Below, one piece after another: positions 39,547 to 53,548 of a DNA stretch of 64,000 bases. The DNA is from Eledone cirrhosa (Eukaryota). Both the position numbers and the translations under genes were made by a program. Below the pieces are notes generated by a model. It worked only from the letters and a program-made list of their open reading frames with translations, did no database searches and had not been told where the DNA came from. Position 1 is the first letter of the stretch. Every line of letters begins with the position of its first letter. The stretch lies in contig OZ024743.1 of assembly GCA_964016885.1 (NCBI GenBank), positions 30,814,001 through 30,878,000 on the forward strand. The letters run 5' to 3'.

Positions 39547-39975
39547 ATACTTGGGGAGGGTCATATTTGTGTAAAATTGCCAGAATTAATAACAGAACCC
39601 ACCCACTGTTTGGTTGGTTTTCGCTGTTCGCTTCTGTGTCTTTTATATCGGTAATCTAATTTATTCGGTTCTCAATGTTGCCATGGACTGACTGACGGTC
39701 AAAAATAATACAGATACAATAATACAGATACATAAACACATATATATAGTTTATCAACGTTCTTTCGTTGCACATCTGCAACAACGTCAGTGGTGCTATT
39801 GTTTCCTTCCGTTACATTGTATGTCTACGCCATTTTTATTTAGTCTGTCTATATATTTATTTATTTATTTGTTTGTTTGTTTATTTTATGTTGTCTTCTT
39901 TGCGCATGCGTTTGCGTGTGTGTATAGTGTTTTGTTTCATATAAAAAACCTCGCAAAACTAATTCATCGCCGTTA
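39321..39975 (-). mobile_element. Non-autonomous PLE pseudo-LTR module with 170-bp fold-back around (AT)n
   Basis: 39321-39490 is the reverse complement of 39541-39710; decayed HHR at 39753-39795; 39934-39972 is an inverted copy of the family terminus seen at 23596. Confidence 0.82.
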
Positions 39976-40249
39976 TGTAGATATATATATATATTCAAAA
40001 GTGAGGTTTATTTTACAAAATGAAAAGAAACGAGTTGTACTACACTAGAAGAAGTATAAGGAAAAAGATGAAATCGAAAATGCAACTGGAGTCTTTTTTT
40101 GTTAAATGTATATTTATTTCGTTCTTTACTGGTTTAGCAGTACTTGCTAAAGGGAGAATTGAGATGGAGGGTTTGTGCTTTTTTAAAAAGTCTCCTTTTG
40201 CATTTTCGATTTCCTCTTTTTTCCTTATATATATATATATATATACATA

Positions 40250-40332
<83 letters not shown>

Positions 40333-40380
40333 ATGAATTGACAGGAGGCTGGATTTGTGTAAATCCTTGAAAGGTTTATT

Positions 40381-40438
40381 ATACTATGATCATTTCAATG
40401 ACTGGGTTCCGTATGAATCCGGTGATATCATCAGGTAT
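40381..40438 (-). ncRNA. Hammerhead ribozyme (type I, AUA site)
   Basis: atac CUGAUGA tatcaccggattc-atacg-gaacccagtcatt GAAA tgatca UA gtat. Confidence 0.85.
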
Positions 40439-40609
40439 TCGAAATATAATACGTGAATGTAATAGATAAAATCCATGGGGCTGAAAATCGAGGACCCCAG
40501 GGTGACCGCTATTCTGTTCCTTCAACCTCAGCCGGTCGCCCATATTATTGCATTACGATTGACTATACGGAATAGACCAGCTCTATACAGTGGTGAACCT
40601 CAAACCTGA

Positions 40610-40693
<84 letters not shown>

Positions 40694-40753
40694 AGAAATA
40701 TATATTATACAATAACAGGAGGCTGGACTGGTGTAATTCCTTAAGGGTTTATT

Positions 40754-40811
40754 ATACTATAAACATTTCAATGACCGGGTTCAGTATGAATCCGGTGACA
40801 TCATCAGGTAT
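40754..40811 (-). ncRNA. Hammerhead ribozyme, related second copy
   Basis: atac CUGAUGA tgtcaccggattca-tac-tgaacccggtcatt GAAA tgttta UA gtat. Confidence 0.8.
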
Positions 40812-40949
40812 TCGAAATTTAATAAAGGTATATAATCCATGGGGGTAAAAAGGCAGAGACAAGAAGACGGCCACAAATTTAGCAGATTCTAGTTCGGTCG
40901 GCCGCCTTCCAGAATACATATATACATACATACATATATATATACATAT

Positions 40950-40980
<31 letters not shown>

Positions 40981-40982
40981 AT

Positions 40983-41995
40983 TTTTACTCCCTTATTATT
41001 TTACCTATTCCAGCCATCCGCTGAGGCGATGGTGTGGCGGCGCTCTTCTTGCTACACATTATATCGCCAGCCCGGGTTGGCGGCCATTGGTGCAAGATTG
41101 AGTTCGTTGCTGCTTCCCTTACGTTACCCTCGTGCCTTGCTGTGAGCTCTTCCGGGATCCTGGATAGCAGGGTGTCGAGAATTTTCTTGAAAACATCCAC
41201 AGCCACACCTTGCGAGCTTGTTGAAGAGTTGAGAGCCTTTGAACCCCAGACTATTGTAATATCTGCTCCTTGTACTAGATGTGGAAGAATGACGTCCTGT
41301 TCGGGAGCTGTTCCAGCTCCCAATGCCAAAGTTTGGTGCTTGTCTCGTCAGGATTTTCCATCTGTATACCACTGCGTATTTCTCCCGTCTTCGTTCCAAG
41401 GAGTAGAGTTTCACTTCTTTTTGCTTCTCCCCGTAGCTTACCTCCTTCATCGTTGTAAACCTCTTGGTGTAGCTTCGTTGGATTGCCGCGAGATCCATGG
41501 TTAGTTTGATACTATGGGCTGATCACAGCTGGTAGCAATAGTCTAGGCGGCTTAGGACAAATGCCCTCCATAGTATCAACATGATCTCCGGTCTCTTGTC
41601 TGGAAAGTCCCCAAGCTCCAGCCAGCTAGTTGTCTGCACGTTTGGCAGGTTAAATTCTCCCTGCAATTGAATGTTGAGACCCTGTTGAGACCTCTTCTAA
41701 CCATCTGAGGCTATCCTCAAATTTACCCTCATAACTAGGGGCATTGGGTGGCCGATATGTGACACATATTACTGTTATTAGTTGCTTCATATGTACTATC
41801 AGTGTGTCATAGGCTGAGTTTGAATATGTCAACTGTACAATGCGTGTGATATCTGCTCCTTATTCTAGATGTGGAACACGGGACATTTCACACCACAGAA
41901 TGACGTCTTATTCGGGGGCTGGTCCAGCTTCCAATGCCAAAATTTGGTGCTAGTCCCGTCAGGATTTTCAATGTGTATAGAGCAGTCCCACCATC
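40983..41995 (-). mobile_element. CR1/L2-group LINE fragments (APE piece fused to ORF2 C-terminus)
   Basis: IQRSYTKR..SYGE..KLYSLERRREKY..WKIL; APE motif VTYRPP at 41650-41832. Confidence 0.8.
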
Positions 41996-42007
41996 AGTTC
42001 TCTCCTC

Positions 42008-42102
<95 letters not shown>

Positions 42103-42110
42103 CGGAGGAA

Positions 42111-42161
<51 letters not shown>

Positions 42162-42239
42162 AATATGTTTATATATATATAAATATGTATATATATATAT
42201 GTATGTATATATATATATGTATGTATATATATATATATG

Positions 42240-42326
<87 letters not shown>

Positions 42327-42330
<4 letters not shown>

Positions 42331-44670
42331 AACAAATTTGGTTTTAGAACGTGTAAAAACCCACCCACTAACCCACTATTAGATGCATTTGAGCAGGACC
42401 TTATGGACTTAATCCTTAAAATTAAATTCAAAGGACGTAACACCAAGAACAAACTGCAGAAAGATATGAAAAAACTACTGGACGACCTTAAAAACACCAA
42501 AGGAATTGTAGTAAAAGCGGACAAAACATCTAACCTGTATACTATGGACTGCACTACATACAACAACTTCATTCGAAAAGAATTACATAAAAAATATAGA
42601 AAACCGAATGAAGTAACTCTTAAGCACATTAATGATGAGGCATGAGAAATGGTGAAAAATCTCGGAATCGAAGATAGGACAGGACCACTCTTACCGGCGG
42701 TACCCACCTTCAATCTTAAGGACCATAAGCTTAACTTTGATAATGACCCTAAAATTAGATTAATCTGCCCCTCTAAATCAGATATAGGTAAAATAAGCCA
42801 ATATATCTTAGATAGAATCATCCCCCAAATTAAGGCTAAGGTTAAAATTAAACTCTGGGTGAAGACCCAAGAAGCAATAAGATGGTTTAATAGCATTAGC
42901 AATAAGAATAAATCTAAGTTTATCCAGTTTGATATCGACGAATATTACTCATCGATATCACCTGAAACTCTGAATAGAGCCATTAAGTTTGCTAAGGATA
43001 ACTCTGACCTTACAAACGAAGAAATTAAGATTATATTAGAAGCTAGGAAAACTATAGTCAAATTTGAGAACAGTTATTGGGTTCGTAAAGATAGACCCTC
43101 TAACTATGACATAACAATGGGCTCTAACGATTCGGCGGAAATAACTGATATTGTGGGGTTATTTATCGCCTTTAGACTTCAGGAAAAATTCAGTAATCTC
43201 CACGGTGGAATATACCGCGACGATGTTCTCCTCCTAGTTAAAAACCTAAATAACCAAAAACTAGAAAAACTACGCAAATATATAAGAAAACTACTACTTG
43301 AAATAGGACTAACTATAACATATGAATACAACCTTAAAGTATTTAACTTCCTGGATGTCACACTCAATTTAAACTCTGGTCTGATTAAACCGTTTCATAA
43401 CTTGAATGAAAATCTCAAGTACGTAAATGTTGGGTCTAACCACCCCATCTCTATAATTAAATCTATCCCTAAAAATATTTCCCTTAGAATCTCGGGTCTA
43501 TCTTCTAACATACAAGTATTTAAGGAACACGCCGAGTACTACGATAGCGCCCTTAATAAAGCAGGCTACCTCAGCAAAATAGAGTATATAGATGAAAACA
43601 ATCAAAACACCCAAAATAAATCCCACATAGGTAGATATAATAACACAACACAAAACCACACTTACTACCATAGTATACACAGCAGTAAACCAGCAAACAA
43701 AGCTAATAGAAAGCGATGCAAAGAGTACTTATGGTATAACCCTGAATACAATAGTTCCATTAGTACAAATTTACCAGTACTCTTCTTTAAAATAGTTAAG
43801 AGACATTTTCCTACATCACACAAATACCACAAAATCCTAAACCCTACCACTATAAGACTGTCATACTCTACAGCGTTAAACCTTGAACAACACATAAAAA
43901 AGATCAATACTAGAAGGTTAAACGAAAAGACTAAAAACTTAAGTACAAAGAACACAAAAAAGACAGTAGACAATACACTACAGAACATAAATAAACCACT
44001 CCTAAGTTCGTCCGCAATACTACTCCAGAGTAAACCTAACTACAAAACCAACGTACACAACTGTAACTGCATCTATCCTGACAATTGCCCCCTCGGCAAT
44101 AACTGCCTTGAAAAAAATATCATCTATAAGTGTACCATTGAATCCGGAGGCAACGAGTGGTATTACGTGGGATCAACGGCAACATCGTTTAAATCTCGAT
44201 TATATAGGCATTCTTACTCAATAAAACACCAGAGCCAAAGAAATGTAACAACTTTAGCAGAAAAAGCTTGGACGCTCAGGGATAGCGATCAAAAGTTTAC
44301 CCCAAAATGGGAGAAATTAGCTAAAACCCAAAGCTTTTCCAGGAGCCAAAACTTCTGCAAATTGTGTAATCGTGAGATTTATTACATAATCACACACAAG
44401 AAGAAACTGCTTAATAACAGAATTGAACGAACATTATTCTGCCGTCACCGAACTAAAACCCTTTTTTTCCCACTACAAGCTGAATATTACATAAAAGAGG
44501 GACATCCCCCAACTATATAAACCTCAATCTAGTTAGAAAAATATAAAAACAATCTCTTCTCAACATATATATGTATATTAATAACCTTAAATTACCACAC
44601 TAATAATGGATAGATAGGCTGATGAGAATAGGTGTTAATATGCTATAATGAATGCGTCTAAAAGCGACCA
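42327..44670 (+). mobile_element. PLE with near-intact ORF (one stop at 42643), YRDD-type RT plus GIY-YIG
   Basis: [39 protein letters not shown]; CNC..CPL..CL linker; IIYKC..YYVGST..FKSRLYRH; decayed HHR at 44612-44662. Clade (possibly Nematis-type) is tentative. Confidence 0.93.
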
Positions 44671-44768
44671 TATGTATATATATATATGTGAAAATGTATA
44701 TAAATAAGTAAATATATGTATATGTTTGATGTGGATAGTTAGATGTATGTGTATTCATGTATTAAAGT

Positions 44769-44919
<151 letters not shown>

Positions 44920-45743
44920 GACAGGAGTATGTATGTATATATGTGTGTGTCTATACGTGTGTATATTAAGATAAGTTGAGTATGAAAATGTATATACATG
45001 AATGCGTATGGATATACATATATATGTGTATATATATGTATATATATATATATGTGCAGGTATATATGTATATAGGCATGAGCATGTAAGTATGTGTATG
45101 TGAGTGTATGTATTTTGTAGAGGTGTGCATATATGTTTGTGTGTGAATGTGTGGGCGAACGGATACGTACACTTGAAAGAAAAATTTAAGTCTGTATGTT
45201 AATTAAGTGCAAACACAAAACCAACCATGCATATTTTTACTGTCTCTAATCTTTCTATAGATTTAGAAAAATAACCAACGCCAAATAATGTATTCTATAA
45301 AAATGTCAAAACAACAGATGGGAATCTAATTACTCACTGCTACCAAAAATTCTCACTGCTACCAAAAATTCTCACTGCTATCAAAAAAATATCTATCCAC
45401 TCCCTTAACTATTCTTCTAACAACTTCACCCCTCCCTCTTAATATTCTCTATAAAAACCAAACAGGTTCTCAATAAAATTATTCTGATGAAATGATAGTT
45501 GATAATAACATTGAAATATTGAGTGTCTGCATAATTAATACTTTGTAGATAGCAGCTGTTTTCAGGTTGTGTAACTGACATTGAAACACGTATCAATAAA
45601 TTCCTTTTAACTGAACTGTATCCATTTAAATCCTTCTCTTTTCTCCGGATTACTTTTGAAACTACAACTGGAACCGTCGAGCAAACTCTACGTGAGCTGT
45701 CCATCTACTGTGTGTAATATTTATATTACAACACTACAGAAAA

Positions 45744-45865
<122 letters not shown>

Positions 45866-46094
45866 TAGAGAGAAAAGGTGTTATCTTAAATATCTAGTTT
45901 CAAACGCGAGTGTATCAGAATTATTAGGATAATGGAAAAATAACGATGAAAGTGTGCTGTTAAAACACCACAAAACAATGGCGTAAAATTGAGGAAGAAA
46001 GGTGAAAAGAAATAATATCCCAAGAATTTTAGTACCGATAGAGTGTCAAACAACATGCTTAGATTAACATAGATACGGCGCTTTATGTTCTGAG

Positions 46095-46232
46095 TACAAA
46101 ATCCCATAAGCTTAGCTTTGCATTTGCTCTCTACGAGGTCTATAAGAACGTATCATCAACGCACGGGATCGATTTAAACGATTTCCGGCTCTTCTTCAAA
46201 TTGATGGCCTAATTTCAAATGTACAAACAATT
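46095..46232 (+). mobile_element. Degenerate SINE
   Basis: aaatccc..agctttgcattt..gggatcgatttaaacga..aaattgatggcct. Confidence 0.55.
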
Positions 46233-47893
46233 ATCTATATGTGTCATCCAAAATACGATTTTATTGATGAAGCATGTAAATTTCCATTATAACATCTTCA
46301 TAATGTATAAATATTTTTCTTTTATCGTAAAAGAAAAGAAGTTCAACAGCTAACCCGTAGATCACAGATGTATTTTTATTATGTGTATTTTGAAGTGTAG
46401 TGTTCTCATTAAATAATATGAATTTGAATTAATGATTGCTACGTTTATAGCTTATATTATGTTTAATTATCAGTTAATTAAACTTATTATATATAATTAG
46501 AATATACATTTCAATTTTAATGCATTCAGTCAAATGTTAAATGACATTTATTTCGGTGAATATAATGAATTAGACATTTAATATGTTTGCTATTATGTTT
46601 GAATAATTCTATGAGAATAAAACGTACTCATCATATATGAGGCGGAAGGTATTTAGCAAGATAAATAATGTTGATTCAGATGCCTATGAATACTCGAAAA
46701 CCAGTCAAATTTCAATCGATGTTTTATAGTAATTATAATAGTCCATCAAGTTATCTCCTTTCTGAAGAAAAAAAGTTTGTTAATGAAAAATACAGTCGTA
46801 ATACTGCAAGGTTTCAACGAAATTCTTTTTAATTACTTCCTTATTTGCGTGGTAGTGGCTACGTTTGGTAATCTCTTGTGGTAGTTAATCAATGTGTTTT
46901 CAGAAAACTAGTAAAGGATAGATAGTATAAGGAACTCTTCACAGAAATGGGTGGAATTCAATATTTTACTCCGAATTTCAGCAGGGCTGAGGAGATTGTA
47001 GAACTATTTCGACTGAACGTATTAAGACTGCTTTAGAAACCCTCATTTTGCAAACCTTTTCCTCTATTACTTTTATTAAAAAAAACAATATTATAGGAAT
47101 GCAAGTTTATCAAGTATGTATACCTCTCTCAGGAATTTGGATGATGTCATTCATAAATTGTTGCATTGTTATTAGTTAAGAAACTTGAATATTTCGTAAG
47201 CACTTATCGAAAAATATGGAAACAACAGGAACTTGCATATGAATATTAGAAAATAAACACGAACACGTAATATAAATTGGAATAAGAATAAATGTTTATA
47301 TAAATCTCAACAAACTAACAATCAGAAACGTTCAATGATTTTATAAGTGGCAGCATTCCCAGGAAATGATATCCCTTGAAAATGAAATGAATGCAACCCA
47401 CCAAAGAGGAAATATACTTTGTTTTGCTGAATATTACATTGAATTAATGAATACAATTATGTAAACAAATGATGTGCTCTTAGATGTTTTAAATTAAAAT
47501 GTTATTACTGTGTCTGGGATTTAGTTTAAAGCAAAATATAGAGGTTTTTTTTTCTAATTTTACAATTGAAACAGTAATCCCAAAATTATTAATTATCTAC
47601 ACAGTATAGAATTCTTGTGTTTAGCCAATTACATTAATTTCATGTTTACTTTGATTCGCACAATATGTATGAGGGCAGTGAATCGGCAGTGTACCAGATA
47701 ACTTACTCTGCAGCATATGGTTACGACTCTGTCGATGCTTATATCTGAGAGGCAGCTGAGAAAATATGCAACGTCAGGTTTGATGACCTTGGATGGCAAC
47801 AGACCACCTTATCTATTAGAAACGGGGCCCTTGATCTCCGGTCTGCATTCTCGGTGGCTTTGCGGGCGTTTCTTTCCTCGGTAACCTTTTGCC

Positions 47894-47930
<37 letters not shown>

Positions 47931-48086
47931 TATAGAATCACTTTTACTTATCTCTGTATCTACGCTGCAATCCCAGAAATATTGGGTGCTTCCCGGATTA
48001 TTCGTTTCCTCGGTCTCGGCACCATGACAATTTCTTTTCATCCCTCCCCTACGGCCGCTCTTTCTCTCTCTGTATATATATATATA

Positions 48087-48181
<95 letters not shown>

Positions 48182-48261
48182 GGAGGTGAGTTTTATTGTA
48201 GTACAATAAAGCAATGCAGATATCGGATAAGAAGCACTCTACAGTTTGTGGGACTGGAGGA

Positions 48262-51227
48262 TAAATCTCTAGGATCACAAAAACAATTTTCGCACTGAAC
48301 TACCTGTTAGATTAATCGCCCCCTCTAAATCTGATCTGGGGGTTGTTAGTAAAGCCATCTTGGATAGGATTATCCCACAGGTTAGTTCTAATTGCTCTTC
48401 TTTAAACCTAAATTTATGGTTTGGTACTTTTGAAGTGATTGGCTGGTTCAACAAATTGGATAATAAAAACAAACTAAAATTTATTCAATTTGATATTGCC
48501 AGCTACTATTCCTCCATTTCGCCTTCACTTCTCAATAATGCTCTATCTTTCGCACTTAAATATTCTGACATCACCACAGATGAACTTCACATCATCCTCA
48601 CCGCACGTAAAACCATCCTAGAGTTCAACAACGAATATTGGACCAGAGCCGATACCTCTAACAACTTCGACATCACAATGGGAGCATCCGATTCATCCCA
48701 ATTGACTGATTTAATTGGTATCTTCATTTTGAACTCTTTGAGTCGGAAAATTCCTCAACTTCGCGGTGGAATTTATCGTAACGATGGACTCTTTACTATC
48801 CTAAATTGCAATATAGTTAAACTTAATATTATTAAGAACAATATACGTAATCTCTTTAACCAACATAACCTAAAAATTGAATTTGATAATAGTATCAAAC
48901 TAGCTAATTTCTTGGATGTATCTCTTAATCTTGACACTGGACTATATTACCCTTACCATAAAAACAATGAGAACCTTAATTATGTTAACTTTAAATCTAA
49001 CCATCCTACCAATATCATGAATGCTATAGTTAATAATATTGGAAATAGAATATCTAACATATCTTCTAATAAAAACATCTTTGATGCTAACGCCAATTAC
49101 TATAATAACGCACTTTCTAAAGCCGGCTATCCAGATAAAATCAAATATAATAAAGAAACAAATTCTAGGAAAACTTACAGTAGAATAATTAATCATGACC
49201 ATTCCAATAATTTTAATAAAAGACCTAGATACAAAAACATAATCTGGTATAATGCTCCTTTCTCCATCTCTATTAATAACAATATTCCTAAATTATTTTT
49301 TAGTGCCTTAAATAAATGCTTCCCTCCCTCACATATCTATAGTAAAATATTTAACAAACACACCATCAAATTTTCGTATTCTACATCCTCCAATATTTCC
49401 AACATCATCTCTAAACACAACAACAACATATTAAATACTAAATCTCTTCCTTCCAATATTGAATTTCATAATAAGAGTAATAGTACTCCCGACGTCATTG
49501 TAAACCCTAGGCTAACTTCTGTAAACCCAAATACAACGTCAAACACAACTTCGCTAAATGTTCATAATCCAACTCTAAATCAAGAAACTATTATTCCTAT
49601 TATTCCTATCGCAAACAACTTCTCCAATCCAATTCCTTCTATAGATAACACTAGATCACTCATTAATAATCTCTCTAATTGCAACTGCCGCATTAAAAAT
49701 AAATGTCCTCTCAACAACCATTGCCTCGATAAAAACTTAATTTATGAATGTAAAATTATAACTAGCACCAATTCCTTCACCTATTTTGGCTCCACTTCCA
49801 CCTCTTTTAAAGCTCGTCTCTATAATCATCATCATCTTTCAAATACAAACTTAAAAGAACTAACACTGCTCTCTCAGAACTCATATGGTCCTTAAAAGAC
49901 AAAAACATTAAATATACCATCTTTTGGAAGAAGACTTCTTCTGCATCCTCATACTTGAACAGCTCTCTATCTAAAATCTGTGATCTCTGCCTAAATGAAA
50001 AATTTACCATTATCTCTAACCTAGATTCTATAATAAATAGACGCTCAGATTTGTTTTCTATCTGCCTGCATAAATTCCATAGAACTTTTCACAAAGTATA
50101 CAGTTAATATTCAATTCTTTATCAATTTAGAATCTTTTCTCAAAGGCACATATACATACACCTCTTTAAAATATACCCATCTACCTTACTTTAAAGGGCA
50201 TTATACACTCTATAATACTCGTTTACTCATTACCCTCATTCTATCTTCTCGTAAAATAATAACATTTGTTTTTGACATTTTGAATATTCATCCGCAATCA
50301 TTATTATTTTTTCTCTCTATCATAAATCTTTTTAATCTCAATTTCATCCTTAATTTATTATTATTTTTTTCTCCCCGTCAACGAACTCATTATTAATACA
50401 TATTAACTCTTTATTCGCTCATATTATCAATTCAATATACAAACTTTAACTTCACATTATTTTTCTCAAATCCTTCTACACACAAACCTTAACAATTTTT
50501 CTCTTCGCTAATTTTGAAATTGCCACAATACATACATTTCTTCTTTTGACGTTAGAATATTCACCCACAATTATTATTTTTTTCTCTCTATCTTCATACA
50601 TAATTTCCCTTCGTTAATTTTCAAATTCCTTTAATTTATACATTATCTTCCAACGGTTCCCAACCTCTCTAAATTAAAACAATATATGTTTTTCTCAGTT
50701 ATAAAAACTATCTCTTTCTCTCTATCACCCATCTCTCCCTCTCCACCCTCACTCTCATCTCCTCCCCCTTTTTTTCATCCTGTCCAACCCCCCCCCCTCC
50801 CTAAATAATTTTTTTTTTTTTTCTTTTTTTCCTCGCACATATCCTCCCTTCGTTAATTTTCAAATTTTTTAATTTATACAGTATCTTCCAACGGTTTTCA
50901 ACCCCTCTATGTAAAAAATATATCTCCTCTCAGTTATAAAAACTATCTCTTTCTCTCTATCACCCATCTCTCCCTCTCATCTCCTTCCCTTTTCATCCTT
51001 CCCCCCCCTCTCTAAATAAAATATTTTTCCCAATATCACACATCAATCTAAAACTACTTTTCATATGTTGATTTAAAACTGCACTATCCACAAGTGTTGT
51101 TTAGCCTTCATATCATGTTCTCCTGTTTTATCTGATGAAAACACAAATATTATTGCTTGATGATGATGTTTGTTTTTGAAATGCGCATAATAAAATATAT
51201 GGAACTCCTTTAACCATCTTTTGATCT

Positions 51228-51230
<3 letters not shown>
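48262..51230 (+). mobile_element. 5'-truncated PLE related to the 42327 element, long internally duplicated 3' region
   Basis: DHKNNF..RLIAPSKSDLG, QFDIASYYSSI, DITMGA, YRND (catalytic D lost), CNCRIKNKCPL, YFGST; frameshift near 49830; ~240-bp duplication at 50606 and 50847. Confidence 0.92.
51124..51197 (+). ncRNA. Hammerhead ribozyme in PLE 3' pseudo-LTR
   Basis: tgttttat CUGAUGA aaacacaaata...tgtttgttttt GAAA tgcgca UA ataaaata. Confidence 0.85.
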
Positions 51231-51291
<61 letters not shown>

Positions 51292-51590
51292 TATAGAGTT
51301 AAGCATGTCCAGATAATTATTTCATAATATATATACATCATTTCTACTCCCAATCAGCATAATTAACCACACAAAAAATCAATTAGACCAGGCTATAAGA
51401 ATAAAACGCGTCTATGAAGAATCAGTAAATAAATGCGCCACTACGGCGTCTTCGCGTGCAACCACTATAGAATACTTACCCAACATTTCAACAGCACGTG
51501 GAAATTAATTAAATATACGGTCAACCATACATAATTAGGTAAAAATTAATGTTAGAAATGCTTATATACATACCAGGATTAAATTACTAA

Positions 51591-51669
51591 ATCCCGACCC
51601 AAGGGTTTCGCTCACTTTTCAGATACCTTATTAACGTTAATACCCGAGTTTTAGAGCTCTTCAGGGGAC
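51591..51669 (-). ncRNA. Hammerhead ribozyme (GUC site), left arm
   Basis: gtccc CUGAAGA gctct...agtgagc GAAA cccttggg UC gggat. Confidence 0.88.
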
Positions 51670-52381
51670 AAATTCGCTAGGACATATTATTTTCCGAAGT
51701 GGCCCCCGCCAAACACGAATTCAAAATGGTAGAGAACTGTGACATGGCAGTGGTCAAGTCAGGAGGGGTGTGATTGGTTGCTTACGGCGAGTGGGTTGGT
51801 TGCTAGAAAGCGCAGCCCAATATCGCCCAAATGTTTATCTCAACCTTATGGGAGATTATTAAATATAAATATTTACACATACACCAATTAAACAAAGTCA
51901 CAGGTTTATATGTGTTTTGGCAACTTTTCACGGGGTGGCTCAATGGAGAATTAATAAATTAAATAATCAGAGCAAAATGGTATAGCGTAAAGCATGTCCA
52001 GAGAATTATTTGATAATATATATACATCATCTCCACTCCCAATCAGCAGAATTAACCACACAAAAAATCAAGTATTTTGCTCTCATTATGTAATTTATTA
52101 ATTCTCCATTGAGCCACATCGTGAAAAGTTGCCAACAGACACATATACCCGTGACTTTGTTTAATTGGTGTATGTGTACATATTTATATTTAATAATCTC
52201 CCATAAGTTTGAGATAAACATTTGGGCGATATTCGCTGCGCTCTCTAGCAAACCACCCACTCGCCGTAAGTAACCAATCACACCCTTCCTGACTTGACCA
52301 CTGCCACGTCACAGTTCTCAACCATTTTGGATTCGTGTTTGGTGGGGGCCACTTCGGAAAATAATATGACCTAGCGAGTTT

Positions 52382-52461
52382 GTCCCCTGAAGAGCTCTAA
52401 ATCTTGAGAATTAACCTTTAATAACGTATCTCAAAAGAGAGCGAAACCCTTGGGTCGGGAT
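52382..52461 (+). ncRNA. Hammerhead ribozyme (GUC site), right arm
   Basis: gtccc CUGAAGA gctct...agagc GAAA cccttggg UC gggat; canonical core, all three stems pair. Confidence 0.9.
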
Positions 52462-52871
52462 TTAGTGATTTAATCCTGCTATGTATATAAGCATTTCTAA
52501 CATTAATGTTTAACTAATTATGTATGGTTGACCGTATATTTAATTAATTTCAACGTGCTATTGAAATGCTGGGTAAATATTCTATAGCGGTTGCACGCGA
52601 AGACGCCGCGATGGTGTATTTAGTTACTGTTTCTCCATGGATGCCTTTTATTCTTATAGCCTGGTCTCATTGATTTTTTGTGTCGTTAATTATGCTGATT
52701 GGGACTAGAGATGATATGTATTTATTATCAAATAATTCTCTGGACATGATTTACTCTATAGTACTTTGCTCTGATTATTTAATTTATTAATTCTCCATTG
52801 AGCCACATCGTGAAAAGTTGCCAAAACATATATATACATGTGACTTTGTTTAATTGGCGTACGTGTAAATA

Positions 52872-52919
<48 letters not shown>

Positions 52920-52920
52920 C

Positions 52921-53315
<395 letters not shown>

Positions 53316-53498
53316 CTTCACTGCATATCCCATGGATCGGGTGCTACCATGATTATCCTCCCAGCACCACAGACACACACTCTCCGTCTCTCTCTCTCTC
53401 TCTCTCCCCACCCCTCTCTATATATCTCCCTCCTCCCACCACTCCCTCTCCCCCTCTCTCTCTCTCCCTCTCCCCTCTCTATCTCTCTCCCTCTCCCC

Positions 53499-53548
<50 letters not shown>

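Larger units (their letters stand above)
51291..52880. mobile_element. Head-to-head pair of longer-than-unit copies of a 689-bp HHR monomer (retrozyme-like)
   Basis: Left arm 51291-52071 (minus sense; gcatgtcc at 51303 and 51992); right arm 52072-52880 (plus; gagccac at 52111 and 52800). Period 689 in both; (TA)n flanks. Confidence 0.88.

Noticed and set aside
42643-42645. In-frame TGA as selenocysteine, as in Naiad PLEs
   Set aside because: Context DEA*EMV is not a Cys position and fits decay of an Arg codon (CGA or AGA); GIY-YIG is C-terminal, unlike Naiad; no SECIS seen.
45426-45704. 92-aa ORF, and a CUGAUGA..GAAA motif at 45484
   Set aside because: No recognisable domain; HHR stems I and III do not form convincingly.
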